Shown: positions 1 through 10,298, counted from the first letter of the stretch. The stretch: DNA of 64,000 bases from an uncultured cyanobacterium (GCA_963744145.1 CAVUSO010000001.1:1088001-1152000), one strand, 5' to 3'. Translations and numbers: made by a program. Notes: generated from the letters alone by a model not told the origin.

Positions 1-420
1 GTTTTCAATCCCTTCGCAAGTTATTAAATTTGGCTCTTTGGTATTTAATACGCTATCTAAGGGAATAAATGGCTGAGAATTTCGACCGTATAAAGTGAGA
101 ATTTGATACCAAAGATAACGGTTAATCCAGATTAATAAGCTTCCTTCAATTGATGAACATCTTGGCTCAAAATTGGGAAGGTTTTTGATGAACCATTGCC
201 AAGTTTTATTGAGAGCTTCTAAATAGTCTGGATGGGAAGATTTATACAGTCCGGGTGATTTTTGTAGCTCAATTAGTAGTCGTTTAATTGCCTGTTTCCA
301 TTGAGAAGTAGTTGGAGAATATTCGTAAGCAATTAGGATGAGTTCACAGAGTTTTTTATCTTTGGCACTGTCGTTACAATGTCGCTCTAATCTTTCTCGA
401 AATTCTTTTATGCTATCCAT
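1..420 (-). CDS. Sigma-70-like (ECF-type) cyanobacterial protein, 5' part; runs off the window
   Basis: Not in ORF track. Manual translation from ATG 420: MDSIKEFRERLERHCND...LQKSPGLYKSSHPDYLEALNKTWQWFIKNLPNFEPRCSSIEGSLLIWINRYLWYQI, 140 open codons; resembles the region-2-like segment of cyanobacterial sigma-70 family proteins. Confidence 0.6.
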   Translation of the reverse strand, partial: MDSIKEFRERLERHCNDSAKDKKLCELILIAYEYSPTTSQWKQAIKRLLIELQKSPGLYKSSHPDYLEALNKTWQWFIKNLPNFEPRCSSIEGSLLIWINRYLWYQILTLYGRNSQPFIPLDSVLNTKEPNLITCEGIEN

Positions 421-633
421 AAATTTATCCTCAATCAAATTTTGATGCACAGTTACCCCCGATCGCGCTGGACTCAAATACCTTGAGAGGGTTTTAAGTC
501 CTGACTGTTTCATCTTGATTTGAGGCTGAATTAGTTCTAGATTGAGAAATAATTAAAATAGTTAAATATCTGTCAGATTTGTGTAAAACTTGTGATCAGG
601 ATGGAAAGCAAAAAGCCCCAGGAGGTTCTAGCT

Positions 634-3600
634 ATGTCGCGATCGCTTAAAGTCGCACCAGAGTACATTACCAAAGTTAAAGCTGCTGTGCAAAGGGCGA
701 ATTATCCCAGTCAGAAAGAGTTAGCTCTAGACTTGAATCTCTCTCGTCCCACTGTTGTCAATTACTTGAACGGTAAACCAGTTGATGTCACGAATTTTAT
801 CGAAATTAGTATAAGATTGGGACTAGATTGGCAAGAAATTAGCTGTTTAGAAGACCCAGGTAAAGATATCTCCAACCCGAAAAATTCTGTCCAGATCATC
901 AATACTTACCAAGACTGGGGAGATGCTCCTGATGTTTCTTTTTTCTGTGGAAGGGAAAATGAAAGAACTACTATCCAAAAATGGATCATGCAAGATGGTT
1001 GTCGTCTGGTGGTACTATTGGGAATGGGTGGTATTGGTAAAACCGCTTTATCTGTACGGATTGCTCAAGAAATTGCTAGTGAATTTAATTATATTATCTG
1101 GCGTAGTCTTAAGAATGCACCACCTATTTCTGACATATTAACAGTATTAATCAGATTTCTCTCGAGCCAAAAAGAAACTAATTTGTCTACCAATTTTGAA
1201 GACCAGATATCGCAGTTAATTGAATATTTACGCATTTATCGGTGTTTAGTAGTTCTAGATAATGCTGAATCAATTTTGCCCAACAGTACAGAACAATATC
1301 GTCAGGACTTTGAAGGTTATGGTAAACTAATCAAACGCATTGGTGAAACACCTCATCGTAGTTGTTTGTTGCTCACCAGTCGGGAAAAACCTAGAGAATT
1401 AGCAGCGTTAGAAGGTGAAACATTACCTGTTCGCTCTTTCCAGTTAATAGGTTTACAACCATCAGATGGACAGGAGATTTTAAAAGCTAAAGGTTTATCA
1501 ATTGGTTCGATAAATGACGGCTCGAAAGAACTAATCAACCGTTGCGCTGGTAATCCTTTAGTATTAAGCATAATTGCTACTAATATTCAAGATTTGTTTG
1601 ATGGCAATATTGAAGAATTTTTAAAGCAAGAGACTATTATATTTGATGACATTCGCGTTCTTTTAGAGCAACAAATTAATCCCCTTTCTGAATTAGAAAA
1701 GCAAATCATGTATTGGTTAGCGATCGAGAGAGAACCTATTTCTAGCCAAGTATTACAAGATAATATTATCTCCCCAATATCCTTAAAAAAATTGGATTCT
1801 CTTACTGCTTTAGTGCGTCGTTCTCTCATTGAAAAGAGTGAGGGCAATTTTACCCAGCAATCGGTTGTGATGGAATATATGACCGCCAGAATTATTGAGG
1901 AAGTTTGTCAAGAAATTCAGACAGGTAACCTGGTATTTTTGCACAGCTATACTCTGATTAAAGCAACAGCAAAAGACTATATTCGATCAATTCAAAAAAC
2001 CTTAATTCTTAAACCCATTGCTGACCAACTCTTAACTGTTTATGTTACCCAGCAATCTGTGATCGAGCAACTCAAAAATATTCTTGATCTACTCAGAAAA
2101 AATTATGCTGGCAAACCCAGTTATGCTGGTGGAAATATGATCAATTTGCTGGCCTATTGTCAAGCTGATTTAACTGATTATAATTTTTCTTATTTAACAA
2201 TTTGGCAAGCATTTCTGAGGGATATTAATTTACATAATTGTAATTTCAGTTACACTGATTTAACCAAATCTATTTTTACTGAAACGATGACTAATATTTT
2301 CACAGTAGCATTCAGTCCGGATGGAAAACTGATCGCTACTGGTGATGAGTCTGGTGAAGTTCATTTGTGGAAAGTTTCTAGTGGTCAAAAACTTTTTAAT
2401 TGTCAAGAGCATCTCCGTGTAGTTAGGTCAGTTGCGTTTAGTCCAGATGGAGAAACTTTAGCGACTGGGAGTTCTGATTCTCTGATCAAATTATGGAATG
2501 TTAAGGATGCTAGGTGCTTTAAGGTTTTAGCAGGACACAGTCATTGGATACATTCAGTTGTATTTAGTCCGGATGGGAAAAATTTAGCTAGTGGTAGTAG
2601 TGATAATACAATTAAATTATGGGATATTACTACTGGTAAATGTCATCTAACTTTAACTGGACATACTAATTTTTTACGAGCAGTTGCTTTTAGTCCGGAT
2701 GGGAAAATTTTAGCGAGTAGTAGTAGCGATCGCGAATTGAGACTCTGGGATATTAAGACGGGGGAATGTCTAACTATTGTCAGTCAAAATGAACAAACTA
2801 TTTACGCTGTTGCTTTTAGTCCTAATGGGAAAATGTTAGCGAGTGGGAGTGGAGACAATAAGGTAAAATTATGGGATATCCAAGATGTTCACAATCTCCA
2901 GTGTTTAGCTACTTTAGAAGAACATACCGATCGCGTTTATACAGTTGCATTTAGTCCAGATGGACAAATTTTAGCTAGCGGTAGTAACGATCACACGATA
3001 AAATTATGGAATCTCCAAGATATTAAGAATATTAAATGTCAAACCACTTGGAGAGGACATACTGGTTGGATACGTTCAATTGCTTTTAGTCCAGATGGAA
3101 AAACTTTAGTTAGTGGTAGTCACGATCAAACTGTAAAATTGTGGGATGTTCGGGATAGTGCTGATGGTAAATGTTTAGCAACTTGGCAAGGAAAAAATGA
3201 CTGGATTCGTTCTGTTGCTTTTAGTGCTAATGGAAATTTTGTTGCTAGTGGTGGTAATGACAAAGTAGTCAGATTGTGGGATATTAGTCAGGGGAAATGT
3301 ATCGCTACTTGGTCTGGACATCAAGATATAGTCTATGCAGTTGCTTTTAGTCCTGATGACAAAATTATTGCTAGTGGTAGTTATGATTGTCAGGTAAAAT
3401 TATGGGATATTAGTAATGGTAAATGTTTAACAACTTTAGCCGGACATACTTATCGAGTCCAAGCGATCGCTTTTAATCCAAAGGGAAATATTCTTGCTAG
3501 TGGGAGTCGCGATCGCACCATCAAATTATGGGATATTACTAATAGTGAGTGTTTAGCAACTTTAATCGGACATACCGATCGAGTTTGTCAAGTTACTTTT

Positions 3601-4176
3601 AGCCCAAATGGCAAAATTCTCGCTAGTAGCGGTTACGACTGTACAATCAAATTATGGGATGTTAGTAAGAGGGAATGTTTGGCAACTTTGTCGGGACATG
3701 AAAGAGAAGTAAATGCGATCGCATTTAGTCCAGATGGTCAAGTTTTAGTCAGTGGTAGTGATGATAATACGCTGCGTTTTTGGGATGTAAATACTCATCA
3801 GTGTCTAGATACTAGATTAGAACCTACTCATTGGATCTATTCAGTAGTTTTCAGCCCAAATGGAAAAATTTTTGCTACTGGTAATGGTGATAAAACTGTG
3901 CGTCTGTGGGATGCTAATACCCATGAATGTTTAGCAATTTTATCAGGACATGAGAATTCGGTACATTCTGTTGCTTTCAGTGCAGATGGTTTAACTCTGG
4001 TAAGTGGTAGCGGAGATAAAACTATCAAATTGTGGGATGTGCAAACGAAAAACTGTGTAAAAACCCTTTCACCACCCAGACCCTATGAAGGGATGAATAT
4101 TACCGGAGCAACCGGTTTAACTGAAGCAACAAAAGCAACTCTTTTTGTTTTAGGAGCAGTGGAAAATCGCGAATGA
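634..4176 (+). CDS. STAND NTPase: N-terminal XRE-like HTH, NB-ARC, pentapeptide linker, about 14 WD40 repeats
   Basis: Walker A GMGGIGKT, Walker B LVVLDNAE, LLLTSRE, GNPL; repeated AFSPDG...SGS.D.TIKLWD; start 634 chosen from GGAGG at 621-625. Confidence 0.93.
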   Translation: MSRSLKVAPEYITKVKAAVQRANYPSQKELALDLNLSRPTVVNYLNGKPVDVTNFIEISIRLGLDWQEISCLEDPGKDISNPKNSVQIINTYQDWGDAPDVSFFCGRENERTTIQKWIMQDGCRLVVLLGMGGIGKTALSVRIAQEIASEFNYIIWRSLKNAPPISDILTVLIRFLSSQKETNLSTNFEDQISQLIEYLRIYRCLVVLDNAESILPNSTEQYRQDFEGYGKLIKRIGETPHRSCLLLTSREKPRELAALEGETLPVRSFQLIGLQPSDGQEILKAKGLSIGSINDGSKELINRCAGNPLVLSIIATNIQDLFDGNIEEFLKQETIIFDDIRVLLEQQINPLSELEKQIMYWLAIEREPISSQVLQDNIISPISLKKLDSLTALVRRSLIEKSEGNFTQQSVVMEYMTARIIEEVCQEIQTGNLVFLHSYTLIKATAKDYIRSIQKTLILKPIADQLLTVYVTQQSVIEQLKNILDLLRKNYAGKPSYAGGNMINLLAYCQADLTDYNFSYLTIWQAFLRDINLHNCNFSYTDLTKSIFTETMTNIFTVAFSPDGKLIATGDESGEVHLWKVSSGQKLFNCQEHLRVVRSVAFSPDGETLATGSSDSLIKLWNVKDARCFKVLAGHSHWIHSVVFSPDGKNLASGSSDNTIKLWDITTGKCHLTLTGHTNFLRAVAFSPDGKILASSSSDRELRLWDIKTGECLTIVSQNEQTIYAVAFSPNGKMLASGSGDNKVKLWDIQDVHNLQCLATLEEHTDRVYTVAFSPDGQILASGSNDHTIKLWNLQDIKNIKCQTTWRGHTGWIRSIAFSPDGKTLVSGSHDQTVKLWDVRDSADGKCLATWQGKNDWIRSVAFSANGNFVASGGNDKVVRLWDISQGKCIATWSGHQDIVYAVAFSPDDKIIASGSYDCQVKLWDISNGKCLTTLAGHTYRVQAIAFNPKGNILASGSRDRTIKLWDITNSECLATLIGHTDRVCQVTFSPNGKILASSGYDCTIKLWDVSKRECLATLSGHEREVNAIAFSPDGQVLVSGSDDNTLRFWDVNTHQCLDTRLEPTHWIYSVVFSPNGKIFATGNGDKTVRLWDANTHECLAILSGHENSVHSVAFSADGLTLVSGSGDKTIKLWDVQTKNCVKTLSPPRPYEGMNITGATGLTEATKATLFVLGAVENRE

Positions 4177-4263
4177 ATAGAATTTGAAGAAGATGGGGAA
4201 GTCGAAGGATGGCTGATATTCTGTCCAAATACTTTGCCCTTTTTCACCTAGGTTTGTTATAGA

Positions 4264-4580
4264 CCTAACCCCCCAACCCCCTTCCCTGCAAGGGAAGGGG
4301 GAGTAATTAAGATGATTAAATATTTGAGATTGAATCGGATTAATTCTGCTCCTCTCAATAGGGTTCGGTTAATTGTAGGGGTGAAGCATTCGGGCGATAA
4401 TTGATCAGCTCAAACGAGTAATATTAGATCCGAATGCTTCACCCAACTGCCGTCAATATCTCCCAAAATATCTTTAAACGAACCCTATTGGCTCCCCTCT
4501 CACATTGCAGGAAAGGGGGTGGGGGAAAGTTCATTCTGCTCCCCTTTCCTCTTAGGAGAGGGGTTGGGGGAGAGGTTTCT
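4264..4580. repeat. Cluster of C/G-rich REP-like hairpins between convergent genes
   Basis: ccccttccctgcaagggaagggg, ctcccctctcacattgcaggaaagggggtggggg, ctcccctttcctcttaggagaggggttggggg. Confidence 0.75.
4356..4490. mobile_element. 135-bp MITE carrying an internal GTAG-type REP doublet
   Basis: TIRs caatagggttcggttaa / ttaaacgaaccctattg; near-perfect 8-bp flanking duplication GCTCCTCT/GCTCCCCT; internal gggtgaagcattcgg...ccgaatgcttcaccc; related inverted copy at 59274-59362. Confidence 0.75.
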
Positions 4581-4633
4581 TGATTGAGATCCTCAAAAAA
4601 AAATCCTTAACTCAATCTGATTGCCTGATCCTC

Positions 4634-4798
4634 TTAAAACAGGGTATAAATAAAGGGGGCAATTACAGAAGACTGACTTAGGATAATTAAAGCTCCTAAG
4701 AAAACCAACGTAATAATCAGAGGTAAGAGCCAATATTTGCGGCGTTCCCGCATAAATGCCCATAAGTCTTTCAGAAAGTCTAATGTCGATTCAAACAT
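4634..4798 (-). CDS. DUF5989 / SxtK-like small membrane protein (54 aa)
   Basis: Not in ORF track. MFESTLDFLKDLWAFMRERRKYWLLPLIITLVFLGALIILSQSSVIAPFIYTLF; family-typical APFIYTLF end; TAATG overlap with upstream gene. Confidence 0.88.
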   Translation of the reverse strand: MFESTLDFLKDLWAFMRERRKYWLLPLIITLVFLGALIILSQSSVIAPFIYTLF

Positions 4799-5208
4799 TA
4801 GAAAGGTCGCTCCATACTAACTTTTGATCTTAGTTTACTTTGAACTCGGTAAGTTTCCTGTTCTCTGTGCAAAGTTCGGCGCATTGGATCATCTTTCTTT
4901 AATCGCTTGAACAGTGCTAGTGGGAACAGCACTAGATAAAAAACTACACCTAAAATAATTGGTGTTTGAATCGCACTCATCAACAGTCCAAAACGCATCC
5001 AGATTAAATAAATGGGATTGAGGAGGTTTGGTGCTAAGAACGCTAACGTGCCCAAACCGATCGCGATCGCCCAGGGCCACCAAGGTAAATCGTGATGTCG
5101 GAGCAGTGGGAGCAATAACCCGAATAATCCTGCGATTATACCTCCGAAGAGTAGACCAAAATCGCGTAAGCCTTGACGATCAAGTTTGGGGATGGGATGA
5201 TGGCTCAT
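4798..5208 (-). CDS. SxtJ-family membrane protein
   Basis: LRDFGL, hydrophobic helices, W..FG..., DPMRR, C-terminal MERPF; lies between carbamoyltransferase and DUF5989. Confidence 0.85.
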   Translation of the reverse strand: MSHHPIPKLDRQGLRDFGLLFGGIIAGLFGLLLPLLRHHDLPWWPWAIAIGLGTLAFLAPNLLNPIYLIWMRFGLLMSAIQTPIILGVVFYLVLFPLALFKRLKKDDPMRRTLHREQETYRVQSKLRSKVSMERPF

Positions 5209-5245
5209 GGTTTTTTGGTAATTAAGTAATTTAGTCAAAGGAACT

Positions 5246-7186
5246 CTAATCTAATTCAAATTCCTGCTGCCAAGCATCATCGCGTTGCCAAGGAATTTGT
5301 TCGGTTTTGGCTAGTAAGAAATTTTCTAAAACTAGATAATCCATCTCTGTCCGCATAAAACAACGGTACGCATCTTCGGGAGTGCAAACAATAGGTTCTC
5401 CTCGCACATTAAAAGAAGTATTCACTAACACTGCACATCCGGTTTGTTTTTCAAAATGCGAGATTAAATCATAGTAACGAGGATTAGTTTCTTGATGAAC
5501 TGTTTGAATCCGAGCTGAATAATCCACATGGGTGATCGCCGGAATTTGCGATCGCGGTATATTCAACTTATCAATCCCAAATAGTTCTTGTTGTTCAGTT
5601 GTCATGGGGATGCGTAAATTTTCTCGCACCGCAGCCACTAATAACATATAAGGACTCGGACTATCTATTTCAAAGTAATCTGACACTCGTTCGGCTAAAA
5701 CTGATGGTGCAAAGGGTCGAAAAGACTCGCGATATTTAATTTTCAAATTCATCACGGATTGCATTTTAGTATTCCGTGGATCTCCGATAATCGATCGCCC
5801 ACCTAAAGCTCTTGGGCCAAATTCCATGCGTCCTTGAAACCAGCCAACCACATTCCCATCTGCCAAAATTTCTGCTAAACGAGGCATTAAGACATCATCT
5901 GACAAATGCTGATAATTGGCTTTAACTCCATCTAAATATGTTAAAATTTCTGCATCGCTAAAACGCGGTCCTAAATAAGCCCCCCGCATCGCATCTAAAT
6001 TTTTAGCTTTAACTTTCGTACTTTGCACAGTTCCCACACCAGAAAAATTGTCAGAACTAGCGTTTAATTCATCTGCTAAAACTGATTCAGTCGATAACAA
6101 GCTATCTACATTACGAGGTTGTTCACTGTATTGATACCAAGCTGCTAAAGCCGCTCCTAAAGCACCTCCTGCGTCTCCTGCTGCGGGTTGAATCCAAATA
6201 TCTTTAAATGGTCCTTCTCGCAGAATGCGCCCATTAGCTACACAATTTAAGGCTACACCCCCAGCTAAACATAAATAGTCTGCGGCTAATTCTTTTTGTA
6301 CGGTTCGGCTCAGACGAAGAACTACTTCTTCTGTTACTACTTGAATTGATGCTGCTAAATCCATTTCCCGTTGAGTCAGTTTACCTTCTGCTGGACGTGG
6401 CGGTCCGTTAAACAATTCATTAAACTTTTGATTGGTCATGGTTAAACCAATTGTATAGTTAAAGTAATCCATGTTCAGTCGGAAAGTACCATCATCCTTT
6501 AAGTCAAGCAAGTGAGTGAGGATTTTGTCCACATACTTGGGTTCACCATAAGGTGCCAAACCCATGAGTTTGTATTCGCCAGAGTTGACCTTAAATCCGG
6601 TATAGTAAGTAAAGGCAGAGTACAATAAACCAAGGGAGTGGGGAAAGTCTATTTCCCATTGGGGTTTGAGTTGATTCCCATCACCCAGCCAAATTGATGT
6701 AGTTGCCCACTCTCCGACCCCATCCAAACACATAACTGCGGCTGTTTGGAAAGGACTAGGAAAAAAAGCACTCGCTGCATGAGCTTGGTGGTGTTCGGTA
6801 AAGAGCAGGGAGGGAAGTAGAGCGGTTTTGCATTTCCCCAAAGCTGCTAATTCTTTTTTGAGTAGACTTTTGAGGTAGAGTTTTTCTTTCAGCCAAACGG
6901 GCATAGCAGCTAAAAATGAGGAAAAACCTGCTGGAGCATAGGAAATGTAAGTTTCTAGTAGTCGCTCGAATTTAACTAGGGGTTTATCGTAAAAAACGAT
7001 TTGATCTAGTTCCCGCAGTTCGATTTTTGCTTGTTGGAGACAATAAGCGATCGCATTTTGTGGAAATCTCGCATCGTGTTTCTTCCGGGAAAATCTTTCT
7101 TCCTGGGCTGCTGCGACTATTTCTCCGTTACAAACTAAAGCCGCTGCGCTGTCATGATAATACGCCGAAATGCCGAGTATATTCAT
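5246..7186 (-). CDS. O-carbamoyltransferase, NodU/CmcH/SxtI family
   Basis: ILGISAYYHDSAA, QEERFSRKKHD, HHQAHAAS, EYKLMGLAPYG, EFGPRALG.RS, NTSFNVRGEPIV. Confidence 0.95.
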   Translation of the reverse strand: MNILGISAYYHDSAAALVCNGEIVAAAQEERFSRKKHDARFPQNAIAYCLQQAKIELRELDQIVFYDKPLVKFERLLETYISYAPAGFSSFLAAMPVWLKEKLYLKSLLKKELAALGKCKTALLPSLLFTEHHQAHAASAFFPSPFQTAAVMCLDGVGEWATTSIWLGDGNQLKPQWEIDFPHSLGLLYSAFTYYTGFKVNSGEYKLMGLAPYGEPKYVDKILTHLLDLKDDGTFRLNMDYFNYTIGLTMTNQKFNELFNGPPRPAEGKLTQREMDLAASIQVVTEEVVLRLSRTVQKELAADYLCLAGGVALNCVANGRILREGPFKDIWIQPAAGDAGGALGAALAAWYQYSEQPRNVDSLLSTESVLADELNASSDNFSGVGTVQSTKVKAKNLDAMRGAYLGPRFSDAEILTYLDGVKANYQHLSDDVLMPRLAEILADGNVVGWFQGRMEFGPRALGGRSIIGDPRNTKMQSVMNLKIKYRESFRPFAPSVLAERVSDYFEIDSPSPYMLLVAAVRENLRIPMTTEQQELFGIDKLNIPRSQIPAITHVDYSARIQTVHQETNPRYYDLISHFEKQTGCAVLVNTSFNVRGEPIVCTPEDAYRCFMRTEMDYLVLENFLLAKTEQIPWQRDDAWQQEFELD

Positions 7187-7422
7187 TCTCTCCTCACCAC
7201 TATTCCTGCCTTGGGCTTTTGACGATTTAGTAGATTGACATATTTTTTTTAAAGAAGTTACTGATTATATCCTAATTTTTGAAAATTGAATGGGATTAGC
7301 AATTTCTCATTTATCTGAGAAAATGCGGGTTGGTAGGAAAAATTCTTGGTTACCGATAAAGTCAGCGATCGAAATCCAGTCTTGCTAAAATTAACTACTG
7401 TTAATGAATTTGAGAAAAACCG

Positions 7423-7878
7423 ATGTGGGGAAGTGCGATCGCAGCTTATTTACATTATTTGGGCTTCATGCTAGCGTTTGGAGCTTTAACTATTGAACAT
7501 CTAACTCTGAAAAAAGATCTCAATGTGACCGAAGCCTGGAGAATTGTAATCGCAGATGCTATTTATGGTCTGTCCGCGGTGATGATTCTGATTACTGGAG
7601 TTTTGCGAGTAATGTACTTTGGTAAAGGAACTGATTATTATCTTAGTAATCCAGTTTTTTATATTAAGGTCGGGCTTTTCATTCTTGTGAGTTTGTTGTC
7701 TCTCTATCCCACCTTTTCCTTTGTGTCCTGGGTGAAGAATTTGCAGGATAGCCAAAGTCCCGAGCTGGAATCACCCCAATTAAAGCGACTCACCTGGTTA
7801 ATCAGAGGAGAGTTGCTTGGGTTAGCACTGATTCCTCTGTTTGCTGCGGTTTTAGCAAGGGGAATTCAGATTTTTTAA
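7423..7878 (+). CDS. DUF2214 family membrane protein
   Basis: AYLHYL, D..YG, FGKG..YY..N..F..K, SLYPT, ARG C-terminus. Confidence 0.85.
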   Translation: MWGSAIAAYLHYLGFMLAFGALTIEHLTLKKDLNVTEAWRIVIADAIYGLSAVMILITGVLRVMYFGKGTDYYLSNPVFYIKVGLFILVSLLSLYPTFSFVSWVKNLQDSQSPELESPQLKRLTWLIRGELLGLALIPLFAAVLARGIQIF

Positions 7879-7950
7879 CGGCTCAAGTCAGATTTTCAGA
7901 AATACGCTAGCTTAGTTAAATATACTATTCAGGTTGAAGGAGAGTATGTT

Positions 7951-8133
7951 ATGTTTCCATTTTGGCTAAATTCATCTTGTCATTCGGGAGAGACGAACTA
8001 CAAATCCCATCGGCAAAATAAATTACAGTTTTTGAAGTGGATGCGAGATAGTCTGGAAACTCGGTTAGCTGCTGTCAATGCGGCGATCGCAACAATAGAA
8101 AGACAAATTAATGAACAAAATCCTTCTAGCTGA
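7951..8133 (+). CDS. Small conserved cyanobacterial hypothetical protein, coiled-coil C-terminus
   Basis: RBS aaggagag; LQFLKWMRDSLETRLAAVNAAI. Confidence 0.65.
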   Translation: MFPFWLNSSCHSGETNYKSHRQNKLQFLKWMRDSLETRLAAVNAAIATIERQINEQNPSS

Positions 8134-8283
8134 ATTATCTCGAGTAATTCTTGGCTAATTACCAAATAGCTTCCCTGACACTGCCGATCGCGGTGTCAGG
8201 CTCCCACAAAAAAAATAAACTCACTCATCTGTAATATATAGGTGTGGGTGAGTTTGGTCTATATTTTCCTCAGATCAGAGGAA

Positions 8284-8640
8284 CTAATTCTGATTCGGAG
8301 TTGATTGATTTTTCAGACTTAAATACTGAAGTCCCCATTGGTGCATAGAATCGAGGACTGGTTTAAGCGTTTCTCCTACAGGTGTAAGAGAATATTCAAC
8401 TTTAGGAGGAACTTGTAAATAGACCTGACGGTAAATAATACCTTCCTGTTCCATTTCTCGGAGTTGTTGTGTCAGCATTTTTTGGGTAATTCCATGTAAA
8501 GCTCGGTGTAATTCCCCAAATCTTTTGACTCCCACAAATAACTCTCGTAAAATTAAAACCTTCCAACGTCCTCCAATCACTTTTAAAGTTGTTTCTACTG
8601 AACAGGTTAAGCGTTCATCATGGTCAGGAGCAGGTTCCAT
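8284..8640 (-). CDS. HxlR-family winged-helix regulator
   Basis: C.VETTL.VIGGRWK, RFGEL, ITQKMLTQQLRE, VPPKVEYSLT; divergent from pirin. Confidence 0.93.
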   Translation of the reverse strand: MEPAPDHDERLTCSVETTLKVIGGRWKVLILRELFVGVKRFGELHRALHGITQKMLTQQLREMEQEGIIYRQVYLQVPPKVEYSLTPVGETLKPVLDSMHQWGLQYLSLKNQSTPNQN

Positions 8641-8764
8641 AGTATCTTTTTAGTTAGTATCGTACTTTTAAGTGCATACTTTCCATTTTAGCTGGTTATG
8701 GGTTAAAGTTTACCTAGTAGAAAAAAATTCAATCTGCAAAATCTAGCGGAGATGAGGACTAAAA

Positions 8765-9484
8765 ATGATTACAGTACGAAAATCAGAAGAACGTGGATCT
8801 GCTAATCACGGTTGGCTTAATTCTAATCATACCTTTTCTTTTGCTAATTATTATGATCCTAAATATATGGGATTTCACCAACTCCGGGTTATTAACGAAG
8901 ATCGGGTAAAAGCTAGTAAAGGATTTGCTCCCCATTCCCATCAAGATATGGAAATAATCTCCTATGTACTATCAGGATCTTTAGAGCATAAAGATAGTAT
9001 GGGAAATACTTCAATTATTTATCCAGGGGAAGTGCAGATTATGGGTGCAGGAACTGGAGTCACCCATAGTGAATATAATCATTCCCAAACTGAAGATGTT
9101 CATTTTTTGCAAATCTGGATCTTACCAAATCAAAAAAATTTACCTCCTCGATATGAACAAAAAAAATATTCCCAAGCAGAAAAACAAGATAAATTATGTC
9201 TGATTGTTTCTCCTGATGGTCGGGATGGTTCTGTCACGATTCATCAAGATGTAAACATCTATGCTACCTTATTGGAATCTGGAACTAAAATAGAATATCC
9301 CCTTCCAGCAAATCATCATGTTTGGGTGCAAATTATCCAAGGAGAAATTCTGCTCAATGATCATCTACTTGGAACTGGAGATGCGATCGCGGTTAGTGCA
9401 GAAGACCAGGTAAAAATTGCTGCTCATCAACCGACTGAATTGCTCTTATTTGATTTAGCTGAAGTAGGAAGTTCTCCAGCTTAA
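8765..9484 (+). CDS. Pirin family protein (YhhW-like)
   Basis: HGWLNSNHTFSFA.YYDP, LRVINED, HSHQDMEI, HSEYN, LQIWI. Confidence 0.95.
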   Translation: MITVRKSEERGSANHGWLNSNHTFSFANYYDPKYMGFHQLRVINEDRVKASKGFAPHSHQDMEIISYVLSGSLEHKDSMGNTSIIYPGEVQIMGAGTGVTHSEYNHSQTEDVHFLQIWILPNQKNLPPRYEQKKYSQAEKQDKLCLIVSPDGRDGSVTIHQDVNIYATLLESGTKIEYPLPANHHVWVQIIQGEILLNDHLLGTGDAIAVSAEDQVKIAAHQPTELLLFDLAEVGSSPA

Positions 9485-9813
9485 CTTGGACCTGATTTAT
9501 GGTAGAGAGCTGATTGATAAAGAATTTTTTCTTGATGAGTTTCGATCGTACAGTCAGATAAGGGATAGCTGACACAAGTAACGATATAACCAGCTTCCAT
9601 TTCTGACTTACTCAGAAACTTTTGTTCTTTTTGATTAATGCTACCACTCACTAGTTTAGCCACACAAGCAGAACATTCTCCTTGTTTACATCCAGATGGT
9701 AAACGGATACCAGAGTCTTCAGCTAGATCTAAAATATACTGATCCCCTGGGACTGAGATGATTCGATCAAGTGCGATCGCGGGATTAACTAGACGAACTT
9801 GATAAACTGACAT
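9481..9813 (-). CDS. Plant-type [2Fe-2S] ferredoxin
   Basis: LPSGCKQGECSAC...TC ligand pattern. Confidence 0.93.
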   Translation of the reverse strand: MSVYQVRLVNPAIALDRIISVPGDQYILDLAEDSGIRLPSGCKQGECSACVAKLVSGSINQKEQKFLSKSEMEAGYIVTCVSYPLSDCTIETHQEKILYQSALYHKSGPS

Positions 9814-9833
9814 ATTTTAATTCCTACATGAGA

Positions 9834-9862
9834 GCAGAGACGTTCCACCGGAACGTCTCTAC
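9834..9862. repeat. REP-like palindrome
   Basis: gcagagacgttcc-acc-ggaacgtctctac. Confidence 0.7.
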
Positions 9863-9903
9863 GATATACCAAAATATCCTTGATATCGATCGCTACTATT
9901 AAA

Positions 9904-10014
9904 AGACTATCAATTGCTTGGCTGGAACAAAAGTGATTTCGATCACACCTAAACCCAGATCCAATCACTATTAATAGCTGGGAAGATCACAATTTAACTG
10001 AGATTAACATCACA
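9904..10014 (-). promoter_or_regulatory. Two CRP-family boxes upstream of ferredoxin; proximal one has class II geometry
   Basis: Minus strand TGTGA-tcgaaa-TCACT (9932-9947), 22 nt, then TAGTCT (9904-9909); second TGAGA-ttaaca-TCACA at 9999-10014. Confidence 0.55.
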
Positions 10015-10298
10015 GACTAACCAGCAAAATTAGATGATGATCTTTATAAGATATAAGTTCAAAATAATTGTTTACTCCACAAAGTAGCGGAACTTAATAT
10101 TTATTGAAGATGGGTCAAGCGATCGCATTAACTCGCTACTAAATGTGATCGCTTTTTTATTAAACCAATTGGTAACCCAAATTAAATCTAAATCTCGACC
10201 TAATCGCGAGATAGATTGTAAGAATATCACCGTGGATCTACTAATCTCATTACTTAAAAATCAGGGGATACTAGAGATGTCGAGTTCAGGATTAAGTC

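Noticed and set aside
1..20. gttttcaatccc resembles the start of a cyanobacterial CRISPR repeat
   Set aside because: Single occurrence inside an open reading frame; no repeat-spacer periodicity.
2280..4050. Roughly 126-bp periodic DNA repeats
   Set aside because: Explained by WD40 coding repeats.
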